From contig NC_004460.2 in NCBI RefSeq assembly GCF_000039765.1, positions 1,590,001 to 1,622,000 on the forward strand: DNA of 32,000 nucleotides, given 5' to 3'. The position numbers were made by a program, and so were the translations under genes. A model generated the notes under the pieces. It had not been told where the DNA came from. It was given only the letters and a program-made list of their open reading frames with translations, and made no database searches. The DNA comes from Vibrio vulnificus CMCP6. GTDB lineage: Bacteria > Pseudomonadota > Gammaproteobacteria > Enterobacterales > Vibrionaceae. This document shows positions 1 to 7,825 of the stretch, in pieces. Every line of letters starts with the position of its first letter. The first letter of the stretch is position 1.

Positions 1-372
1 CCCATCTTGGTTTTAACCTGTATTCAACTGTTTGTGACGGGGGTGATTGGTTTGTCGGCCAGTTTGCTCTTCGAAAGCGTGCCAACTCATATAGAGCCAA
101 CGATCTGGGCTTGGTTTGCGGCGAGTACCATTCTCGCTACCGCATTGCGATACGTGATGCAGACAATGGCTCAAAAGCAGATCAATCCAGGCAATGCGGC
201 GCTTATCATGATCCTCGAACCTGTTTGGACTGTGATACTGAGTGTGTTGTGGTACAGCGAATCTCTTTCGACCAACAAGCTTGTTGGCTGCGGTCTGATC
301 TTATTCTCACTGATTTTGTATCGGACAGACGGTAAGCTAAGCTTGTTAGTGAAGAGTCAAAAATCCGTATAG
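1..372 (+). CDS. DMT/EamA-family transporter, C-terminal fragment (5' end lies outside the window)
   Basis: The frame of ORF 7..372 is open from base 1 and ends at TAG 370-372. The translation is a series of hydrophobic helices (e.g. ILEPVWTVILSVLWYSESLS, GCGLILFSLILY) typical of the second EamA repeat. Confidence 0.7.
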   Translation, partial: PILVLTCIQLFVTGVIGLSASLLFESVPTHIEPTIWAWFAASTILATALRYVMQTMAQKQINPGNAALIMILEPVWTVILSVLWYSESLSTNKLVGCGLILFSLILYRTDGKLSLLVKSQKSV

Positions 373-530
373 AGAGAGTGAAAAATCGTCAACTTATCGA
401 CTCATATATCGTAAAGAGAAGAGCAGTTAGATGTTTCAACTTAATTATGTCTTATTGGCCAAATAAAATGGAAGTGGTTGGCGTAATCAGCATAAAATTG
501 TGATCTAAGTTGTACTATGTCAGGGAATGA

Positions 531-1487
531 ATGATGAAAATAGGGGTAATTGGCGCTGGATCAGTGGGCGTGGGCATTTGTAACTACCTTCTCACGATGG
601 GAAGCGTCAGTGAGTTGGTGCTATTGGACCAGAACTTAGAGCGGGCGGAAGGGGAAGTGTTTGATTTTCGCCATACAGCGGCGCTGACCTTTTCGAAAAA
701 CACCCATATTATTCCCACCAAAGATTATCTCGATCTACTCGCGGCCGACATTGTGGTGATCACGGCCGGAGCACAGATCAAACAAGGGCAAACTCGTATT
801 GATATTGCAGAAATCAACGCCAAAATTGGGGTTGATATTGCGCGCCAAGTGGAGCGAGTTGCACCTAACGCCATCTTAATCGTTGTTTCAAACCCATGTG
901 ATTTGGTGAGTCATTTTATAGTTAGTAACACGACCTTTAAACCAAGCAAGGTGATCAGTAGTGGTTGTGTGATTGATACTGCACGTCTGATGACCATCGT
1001 TGCCAACCGTGTGCAACTTGATCCCAAAAATGTCTTCGGTTATGTATTGGGGGAACATGGTAGTCACTGTTTCACACCGAAAAGTTTGATTTCTATTGCT
1101 GGACAACCTGCCGATTATTACTGCGATACCAATCATATCAAGCGTATTGATGCTGATGAGTTACTGGAGTCAGTCAAACAAGCGGGTTATGAGATTTTCA
1201 AGCGAAAGCACAACACCACTCATGGCATCTCCGCCAGCGTGTTTCGTATCATCCAAGCCATTATGATCAACGAGAAATCTGTTTTGCCTGTTGGAACCAT
1301 GTTGTCCGGGCAATATGGGCTCGACAATGTGCTCATGAGCTTACCAACGGTAGTGGGTAAGCAAGGTGCAGAAAAAGTCTTGATGCATCCTTTTAGCGAT
1401 GAAGAGCTCTCAACGTTGGCGCGGATTGCGGAGAATGTCACCGCCGTTGTAAATGAAGTGGCTCAAGTGACGGGGTTAAAAGCGTAA
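531..1487 (+). CDS. L-lactate/malate dehydrogenase family protein (LDH-like 2-hydroxyacid dehydrogenase)
   Basis: N-terminal Rossmann motif KIGVIGAGSVG, and the LDH catalytic elements GQTR (Arg109 equivalent), DTAR (Arg171 equivalent) and GEHG (His195 equivalent). A hairpin terminator follows. Confidence 0.85.
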   Translation: MMKIGVIGAGSVGVGICNYLLTMGSVSELVLLDQNLERAEGEVFDFRHTAALTFSKNTHIIPTKDYLDLLAADIVVITAGAQIKQGQTRIDIAEINAKIGVDIARQVERVAPNAILIVVSNPCDLVSHFIVSNTTFKPSKVISSGCVIDTARLMTIVANRVQLDPKNVFGYVLGEHGSHCFTPKSLISIAGQPADYYCDTNHIKRIDADELLESVKQAGYEIFKRKHNTTHGISASVFRIIQAIMINEKSVLPVGTMLSGQYGLDNVLMSLPTVVGKQGAEKVLMHPFSDEELSTLARIAENVTAVVNEVAQVTGLKA

Positions 1488-1500
1488 AGCAACCTATGCA

Positions 1501-1533
1501 AAATCGCCTGATTTATACAGGCGATTTTTGTTT
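1501..1533 (+). terminator. Rho-independent terminator after the LDH-like gene
   Basis: AAATCGCCTG / CAGGCGATTT form a 10-bp stem with a 7-nt loop, followed by TTTTGTTT. Confidence 0.75.
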
Positions 1534-1604
1534 ATAACCCATGAATTAATCTCAAAAAAAGCCCCCTCGAAGACTCTGGCAACCCACCATCGCGTGATGA
1601 ATAA

Positions 1605-1636
1605 AACGACAAATCTGTTGACTCGTAACGACAAAT
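1605..1636 (+). promoter_or_regulatory. Direct repeat AACGACAAAT x2 (22 bp start-to-start) flanking a TTGACT hexamer upstream of the potD-like gene
   Basis: AACGACAAAT occurs at 1605-1614 and 1627-1636, with TTGACT at 1618-1623. I found no convincing -10 hexamer at canonical spacing, so the function is unproven. Confidence 0.3.
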
Positions 1637-1720
1637 TTATTTTTCTTTCAAATCATTAACAATTGCCTAATTATGCGCGTGACCCCCAGCATGGTGCTGG
1701 TACTGTTTGGATTGCAAACT

Positions 1721-2755
1721 ATGAAAATGTTCATCAAAGGATTGGTTCTGAGCGCGCTCTCATTTAGCTCTCTTTCTCAGGCAGAGAATGAAGTGCTAAA
1801 CGTTTATGCTTGGGGAAGTTACTTACCTGAAGCGTCATTAAAGGCTTTCGAAAAACAAGAAGGTGTCACGATTAATTATTCAACTTTTGAAAATAATGAA
1901 TCGATGTACACTAAGCTTAAGTTGCTGAAAGGGACGGGTTACGACGTGGTTTTCGCTTCGGCCTATTTCATTGAAAAAATGGGACGTGAAGGGTTACTGA
2001 CGAAGCTAGATCATAGCAAAATTCCAAACATGCAAGACACCATGGATGGCCTATTAGGCCAAGCCCACGATCCAAACAACGATTACTCGTTGCCTTACAT
2101 TTGGGGTATTACGGGCATCAGTTACAACGAAAGCATGGTTGATGCCCCAGTTACGCGTTGGGCTGATCTGTGGGATAAGAAATACGCACAACAAGTTATG
2201 CTCATTGACGATATCCGTGACGTATTTGGTATGGCACTGAAGCTAAATGGCTACAGCATCAATACGAAAAACGAAGATGAGATCAAAAAAGCCTACGAGT
2301 CCTTGGTCGCGCTAAAGAACAATGTCCTGCTTTATAACTCAGACGCACCTCAAGTGCCTTACGTCTCTGGAGAAACGTCGGTTGGTATGCAATGGAATGG
2401 CAATGCTTACCAAGGTCAAGTTGAAATGCCAGAGCTTAAGTTTGTCATGCCTGAAGAAGGTGCGGTTATGTGGATGGATAACTTCACGATTCCGTCAGGC
2501 AGCAAGCACAAAGAGCTCGCACATAAGTTCATCAACTTTATGTACCAGCCTGAGCATCAAGCAGAAATCGTTAACAGCTTAGGCTATGCGTCGGCTACAA
2601 ATGCAGGCAGAGCGCTGTTACCTGATGAGCTAAAAAACAACCCAACGATTTTCCCAGCGGATGCCGATGTGAAGAAAGGGGAGTTTATTAATGATGTGGG
2701 TCCAGAAGCGCTCGCCATTTATGAGAAATACTGGCAGCGTTTAAGAACACAATAA
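1721..2755 (+). CDS. potD: Spermidine/putrescine-type periplasmic substrate-binding protein (PotD/PotF family); no ABC partner genes adjacent
   Basis: Aligns by eye along its length with E. coli PotD (NVYAWGSYLPE, DPNNDYSLPYIWG, WADLWDKKY, MWMDNFTIP). I chose the start at the internal ATG 1721, which gives a signal peptide MKMFIKGLVLSALSFSSLSQA/EN. The upstream start at 1673 would add a non-signal extension. Confidence 0.85.
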   Translation: MKMFIKGLVLSALSFSSLSQAENEVLNVYAWGSYLPEASLKAFEKQEGVTINYSTFENNESMYTKLKLLKGTGYDVVFASAYFIEKMGREGLLTKLDHSKIPNMQDTMDGLLGQAHDPNNDYSLPYIWGITGISYNESMVDAPVTRWADLWDKKYAQQVMLIDDIRDVFGMALKLNGYSINTKNEDEIKKAYESLVALKNNVLLYNSDAPQVPYVSGETSVGMQWNGNAYQGQVEMPELKFVMPEEGAVMWMDNFTIPSGSKHKELAHKFINFMYQPEHQAEIVNSLGYASATNAGRALLPDELKNNPTIFPADADVKKGEFINDVGPEALAIYEKYWQRLRTQ

Positions 2756-2771
2756 GCACGTTTTATACCTA

Positions 2772-2799
2772 AGGAGCGCAATGCGCTCCTTTTTTATTT
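2772..2799 (+). terminator. Rho-independent terminator after potD-like gene
   Basis: AGGAGCGCAATGCGCTCCT hairpin followed by TTTTTTATTTTT. Confidence 0.8.
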
Positions 2800-3038
2800 T
2801 TCCCGAAAAATTCCATTTCAATAATCACAATAAATGCATTTAACCAATTGATATAAGTGGCTTATTGAAGCTTTTCGTTGGCGATGTAAGTTTTGTCTTA
2901 GTGGCTCACAAAAACAGAAATATGAGCTGTGTCTTGATGTTTGTGTACCTCTTTATTGGTACATTGTTCTGATTATTTTGATAAAGTGACACAATGAGTG
3001 TTTAGCTCGATTCGTCGTCGCCACAAGTAGCAGACAGC

Positions 3039-5189
3039 ATGCGTTCAATACCGTTCTATTCCGTTTTATTGCCATCCATTCTTATCTTGCCATCCAGTGT
3101 GGCAAGTGAGGATCTTCTCAGCTTATTAGATATGCCACTGTCTTCTTTGGCTGAAACAAAAGTGGTATCCGCAACCAAAACATCACAAAGCTTGGCCGAT
3201 ACCCCCGCCTCGGTTTACGTCATCACCGCTAAAGAAATTAACCGCTCAGGTGCTCGCTCGGTGGCCGATGTGCTTGCGTTGGCGCCAGGACTGCATGTGG
3301 CTAAATTTTCTAATTATGATTGGGGTATTACCGCACGTGGGAGTAATCAGCCATTAAGCAATACCCTATTGGTGATGGTTGATGGACGCAGTGTGTTTAA
3401 CCCGATGTTTTCGGGTGTTGACTGGGATCTTATCCCCGTCAGTTTAGCCAATATCGCGCAAATTGAGATCGTCCTTGGTCCAGTAGGTACCATATGGGGT
3501 GGCAATGCGGTGACTGGTGTGGTGAACATCATTACCAAAGATCCAGAAGAGGCTGACAAGGCGACACTGACCGCGCAAGTGGGTAACTTCGACTATCAAG
3601 AGTATCAAATGCGGCATGCTGCACCGCTTGGTGAATATGCTTATGTCAGTGGTTATCTGGAATTTGTCGAACACAAACCTTGGACCAGCGAAGAAGCACG
3701 CGTGCAACCGCACCAAGATTATGCGGTGTACACCGAACGTTTTGGTGCACGCTTGGATTACCAATATTTGGCTAACACGATTAGTGCACAAGTGGGTGGG
3801 ATTCGCTCAAAAGAAGATTACCAGTGGGGAACGCTTAATCCCTATTTTCTCTTCCCAGACAAAGCCGATATTGATTTCTACGACACCAAAATGACGATGG
3901 AAGAGTACTTTGCTGGCGTGCAACATATCTATGACCACCATTCAGGGAATCGCTGGCATAACGAAGCGTGGCTAACATACAGCGCGAACGACAGTACGGA
4001 TAGAAATGCCCGATTCACTCGTCTCGACCTCGATTCTCATATTGTGGTGCAAGATTGGTTTGGTAGCCAATTGACGATTGGGGGAAATGTCCGCCTCATC
4101 GACGAAGAATTTGGTACCTATTCGCCGCAAGAACATTTCTCCATGCCTTACTTGCGTATTGCTCAACAAGCAGATTTTTTCAGCCAAAGCTATGGTGTGT
4201 ATGTCAATTGGAATCTAGAAGTGACGGAGAAAACCGATCTCATTTTAGGCAGTCGCTGGCAATACAATAACCTTACCAAAGAGGTAGATGCGCAACCGCA
4301 GGTACGTGCCAGCTATGAACTTGCTGACAATCAGCGCATATGGGCAGGCTGGGGCAAGGCGATTGTCACGCCATCTCGTCTTGAGTTAACCACTGCGCTG
4401 CAAAGTAACAATTACATTGAAGGTATACTATCGGATGGTAAAAATTACTATGACTATTTCTATTCCTTTATTTATCAAGGAAGTGAAGATTTACGTGTAG
4501 AAAACGTGGAAACTTACGAACTGGGCTATCGAATTTGGTCCGATGAAGTGTGGCAGTTCAGCGCAGGCACTTATTACAGTAAGCACCACAATATTCGAGC
4601 GTATGCGGGTGTTGCTTCGAGTCAAATTGTGTTGCCTGGTAACTCCTCACCTGGCACGGTCGGAACCGTGATCGAGCAGTATGTTTCACAGTTGGTGGAT
4701 CCCCTTTGGTCAGAAACCGTCGGAGGCGAGTTGGCCTTCAAGTGGGCACCGATTGATGCTGTGCAACTCAACATGAATTACAGCTACAAGCGCATTATTG
4801 GTCATTGTGAAGGGGCGATTTGTGGTTCAAACCAAGCCGTGAAACGTGAGTTAGAGAACCAACCTAACCATTTTGTCAACGCTCAGCTCATGTGGGACAT
4901 CACTCCGCAATGGTGGGCGAGCAGCACACTTCAATACATTTCAGAGTCACAAATGCACTCGGACTATACCTCCGATGAGCGTTACCAATGGCCGGAAGTA
5001 TTCAGTGTGGGTATTGCATTGAGCTGGCAGCACAGCAAGGCGTATCCGAGGTTGACTGCTGTGGTGGAAAACCTTGGAGCAGACCAAAGTACAGAGTTTC
5101 CACAAGCGTTTTCCCCCTATCAAAATGGGGTGCAGTACTGGCTGACGCTAGCTTGGTCTCCTTCCATGGAGCAGGGTAGTGCCCTATGA
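3039..5189 (+). CDS. TonB-dependent outer-membrane receptor (plug plus beta-barrel)
   Basis: Signal peptide ending SSVA/SE and a TonB-box-like ETKVVSA. Plug motifs are present (DTPASVYVITAKEI, LLVMVDGRSVFNP, GGNAVTGVVNIITK), followed by about 550 aa of alternating barrel-like sequence. The stop overlaps the next start (ATGA). Confidence 0.85.
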   Translation: MRSIPFYSVLLPSILILPSSVASEDLLSLLDMPLSSLAETKVVSATKTSQSLADTPASVYVITAKEINRSGARSVADVLALAPGLHVAKFSNYDWGITARGSNQPLSNTLLVMVDGRSVFNPMFSGVDWDLIPVSLANIAQIEIVLGPVGTIWGGNAVTGVVNIITKDPEEADKATLTAQVGNFDYQEYQMRHAAPLGEYAYVSGYLEFVEHKPWTSEEARVQPHQDYAVYTERFGARLDYQYLANTISAQVGGIRSKEDYQWGTLNPYFLFPDKADIDFYDTKMTMEEYFAGVQHIYDHHSGNRWHNEAWLTYSANDSTDRNARFTRLDLDSHIVVQDWFGSQLTIGGNVRLIDEEFGTYSPQEHFSMPYLRIAQQADFFSQSYGVYVNWNLEVTEKTDLILGSRWQYNNLTKEVDAQPQVRASYELADNQRIWAGWGKAIVTPSRLELTTALQSNNYIEGILSDGKNYYDYFYSFIYQGSEDLRVENVETYELGYRIWSDEVWQFSAGTYYSKHHNIRAYAGVASSQIVLPGNSSPGTVGTVIEQYVSQLVDPLWSETVGGELAFKWAPIDAVQLNMNYSYKRIIGHCEGAICGSNQAVKRELENQPNHFVNAQLMWDITPQWWASSTLQYISESQMHSDYTSDERYQWPEVFSVGIALSWQHSKAYPRLTAVVENLGADQSTEFPQAFSPYQNGVQYWLTLAWSPSMEQGSAL

Positions 5190-5725
5190 GGCAGAGTAGG
5201 CTAAGCGCGAAATTGCTTTGTCGAGTCGCACTTTTTTGGGGGGTGTATTGTCTTGCCGCCCCCGCTTGGCCTAAATACAGCGATGAAGATTTGAAAGCGG
5301 TGTATTTGTATCGTTTTGCCTCGCTGGCCGATTGGCAATCGACGCCTTTAGCGCAGCAGAAGACACGCTATTGTGGTGAATTTAATAGTGTCATCGCCGA
5401 ACGCTTAAAAGCCATAGTGGAAACTCAGCCTGAGGCGGCCACTTTCTCATACTTAGAGGAGGTGGACCCGCAAGAGTCCTGCCATTTGGTGTTTGTCGAA
5501 TCCAATCCTCAGACGGCACTGCCGACACTCCAGCTGCGCTACCCTCACGCTCTTCTGGTGGGAAATGGTGAGAAGTTTGTTCGCCTCGGTGGGATGATCG
5601 CCTTTATTAAAGTGAATAATCGCATCTTGCCATTAATCTCTCGTAAGCATGTTGAACCAAGCCAGATTCGCTTGAGAGCCCAATTGTTGAGTATTGCTCA
5701 GTTGTATGAGGAGCCCACTCAATGA
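5186..5725 (+). CDS. yfiR: YfiR-family periplasmic protein (DUF4154)
   Basis: 179 aa with a signal peptide. It aligns by eye with P. aeruginosa YfiR blocks (LKAVYLYRFASLADW ~ VLLGIFSYVRWP; CHLVFV ~ CNVIYL; GGMIAFIKVNNRILPLISRKHVEPSQIRLRAQLLSIA ~ GSMFCLNVGGPRITFEANLDSIARSGVRVHPSVLKLA). There are 4-nt overlaps with both neighbours. Confidence 0.75.
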   Translation: MRQSRLSAKLLCRVALFWGVYCLAAPAWPKYSDEDLKAVYLYRFASLADWQSTPLAQQKTRYCGEFNSVIAERLKAIVETQPEAATFSYLEEVDPQESCHLVFVESNPQTALPTLQLRYPHALLVGNGEKFVRLGGMIAFIKVNNRILPLISRKHVEPSQIRLRAQLLSIAQLYEEPTQ

Positions 5726-7641
5726 TGACCAAACGCTTTGCCCGTTTACCGCTGCGCTACAAGATGACGCTGCCGACATGGTTGCTGTTTACCGTGATAT
5801 TTATCTGCGTCGGTGGGGCGGCCATCAAAGTGATCTCCTTGTCTCACTACGAAGGCTTGCATGGGCGCATTAAGATCCTTTCACAAGGGGTGGCCAGCAC
5901 TTTACAAGCGGCGTTGACTTTCGCCGACGCAGCAACGGCAAAAGAGCAGCTGAACATTTTGACCTTTGACCCCGACATCATCGCGGCACAAGTCAAAAGT
6001 ACCGATTTGCTGACCAAGGCCGCGATCCATCGTCTACCACAAGACTGTTACTGGGATGACCTCAATGTGCTGTGCCGCAACCAAGAGATCATGAGCTTAA
6101 GTCAAGAGATCGTCTTGGGCAGTGAAGTGCTGGGTGAATTGGAAGTGTGGGTCTCATTGGAAGCCTACTTTGAACGAAAACGCAGAATGTGGCTCACGCT
6201 TGGGGTGATCGCCGTGACCTTATCATTTATGGTGTGGTGGTTTGCTCGTGTGCTGCACAATGTCTTTGTCATGCCACTGACCTCATTGCATCGCTCTATG
6301 GAGCAGATGTCGCGTTTTGGCGTGTTGAAAAAAGAGCTGCCGATTTACCACGATGATGAACTGGGCAAGCTAACCCGCTGCTTTAACGAGATGGTGCTCA
6401 GTCTGCGAGATCGAGAAAGCGATCTTCAAAACGTGCTCAATGACTTGGAAGCGCGCAACCGCTATATCCAACGAGCGCTGGGTGCCATGCGTCGAGGGGT
6501 ATTGGTTGTCTCTGAAAACAAAACCATCAGCTATTTCAATCCGGCGGCACAAAAAGAGCTGAAGATTGAAAACGAAGGAGAAAACATCGCGCAGCGACTC
6601 GAGGCTTATTATGAGCCTAAAATGGCGGTGGATGCGTTAATGCACTCTATCGTCAATGGTTGCAAAGGCAAAGCGGTGGAACTGCGTGCCCGTGATGGGG
6701 AACGAAGATACCGAGTTACCTGTCACCCAATGTCGGAAGGCAAAGAGACACTGGTTCAGTTCGAAGATATCTCAGAAGCTTATTTAGCCGAGCAGCGTCG
6801 CAAACTGATTGACTTGATGTTTGAACAAAACCAAGACGCGATTTTGGTGCTCTCACGTACATTCTCGGTTGAAACACAAAACCTCACCAGTCTGCGTTGG
6901 TTTGGCGAAGTACACCGGTTAGAAGAGATTCACGACTACGACTCTTTACAGTTTACTCAAGCTGAACTCAAGGCATTGATGAAAAGCGGTGGTTTGATTC
7001 GAGCCATGGAAGTGAAGTGTCAAGATGGCAGTCTGTTACCTTGTCAGCTGAAACTCAGGGTACTCAAAAGCACCTCCGGTCGTGTAGAAGCATTCGTGGT
7101 GACGCTAAGTGATCTATCGGTGGAAAGAGAGCTTAAGCGTTTAAATTATGTGGCGAATCACGATCCGTTGACGGGTTTAGCCAATCGCTCCCACGCCTTT
7201 CAATCTTTGCAAACTGAGCATGATCAAGGCAAAGATCAATATCTGCTCTTTTTGGATTTGGACGGTTTTAAAGCCGTCAATGATCAGTTTGGTCATGCTA
7301 TTGGGGATGACCTGTTGCGAGTGGTCGCCAAACGGCTAAAGAACAGCGTGTTTAATCGCGACTTGGTGGCTCGTCTCGCGGGCGATGAATTTTTGATTGG
7401 TATTCGAGATGCGCATACTTACGTGCCTGTGGTGGAACGCATTTTAGAGCAGCTACAACAGCCAATCAGCATTGATGGATGCTTATGTGATGTCACTGCG
7501 AGTATTGGCGTGAGCCATTGGGCAGTCAAAGATGGCGCTTCTCTTGAGGAGCGGATACATCATGCAGACGAAGCGATGTATGTCGCTAAGCGGCTTGGGA
7601 AAAACCAATATTGCTGTTTGCAAGACGAACTCACTGTTTAA
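5722..7641 (+). CDS. Membrane diguanylate cyclase, YfiN/TpbB-like: TM, periplasmic domain, TM, HAMP, PAS-like region, GGDEF (AGDEF variant)
   Basis: Two TM segments bracket a periplasmic domain of about 120 aa. HAMP (DELGKLTRCFNEMV) is followed by about 230 aa of PAS-like sequence. The GGDEF domain has HDPLTGLANR, FLDLDGFKAVND, RLAGDEF and DEAMYVAK. Confidence 0.9.
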   Translation: MMTKRFARLPLRYKMTLPTWLLFTVIFICVGGAAIKVISLSHYEGLHGRIKILSQGVASTLQAALTFADAATAKEQLNILTFDPDIIAAQVKSTDLLTKAAIHRLPQDCYWDDLNVLCRNQEIMSLSQEIVLGSEVLGELEVWVSLEAYFERKRRMWLTLGVIAVTLSFMVWWFARVLHNVFVMPLTSLHRSMEQMSRFGVLKKELPIYHDDELGKLTRCFNEMVLSLRDRESDLQNVLNDLEARNRYIQRALGAMRRGVLVVSENKTISYFNPAAQKELKIENEGENIAQRLEAYYEPKMAVDALMHSIVNGCKGKAVELRARDGERRYRVTCHPMSEGKETLVQFEDISEAYLAEQRRKLIDLMFEQNQDAILVLSRTFSVETQNLTSLRWFGEVHRLEEIHDYDSLQFTQAELKALMKSGGLIRAMEVKCQDGSLLPCQLKLRVLKSTSGRVEAFVVTLSDLSVERELKRLNYVANHDPLTGLANRSHAFQSLQTEHDQGKDQYLLFLDLDGFKAVNDQFGHAIGDDLLRVVAKRLKNSVFNRDLVARLAGDEFLIGIRDAHTYVPVVERILEQLQQPISIDGCLCDVTASIGVSHWAVKDGASLEERIHHADEAMYVAKRLGKNQYCCLQDELTV

Positions 7642-7825
7642 GCTAACAATTTATGTTGATTTAGATAAATCTACTTTATCAATTCCTTATGTGAAATTTG
7701 ATCCTGTGGGCAGAGTTTATACAATTTTATAAAAGCGAATTGAATGAATGGTGTTCGGTGGTATTTTGGATATGAATGGAGCAATAGCTCTATTTGTATC
7801 CAATCAAATCATAGAAGGACACCAG

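Noticed and set aside
2820-2838. A Fur-box-like sequence AATAATCACAATAAATGCA upstream of the TonB-dependent receptor, and a similar GATAAACGAATCACTTATT at about 19490-19508 upstream of the DUF2946 gene
   Set aside because: They match the 19-bp Fur consensus GATAATGATAATCATTATC at only about 11/19 and 10/19 positions by eye, in AT-rich DNA. That is not enough to call without a scored matrix or experimental data.
3347-4187. Several 70-115-aa ORFs on both strands inside the receptor gene, with similar nested ORFs inside other long genes
   Set aside because: All are embedded in or antisense to strongly supported genes, lack ribosome-binding sites and have skewed compositions. I treated them as shadow ORFs.
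7748-7825. N-terminal extensions offered by the ORF track (starts at 1673, 7748, 9640, 14514, 17648 and 30373; several are TTG)
   Set aside because: In each case an internal ATG with a better Shine-Dalgarno gives a proper signal peptide or lipobox, or matches the N-terminus of well-known homologues (PotD, YbjQ, Kbl). The extensions add non-homologous residues.
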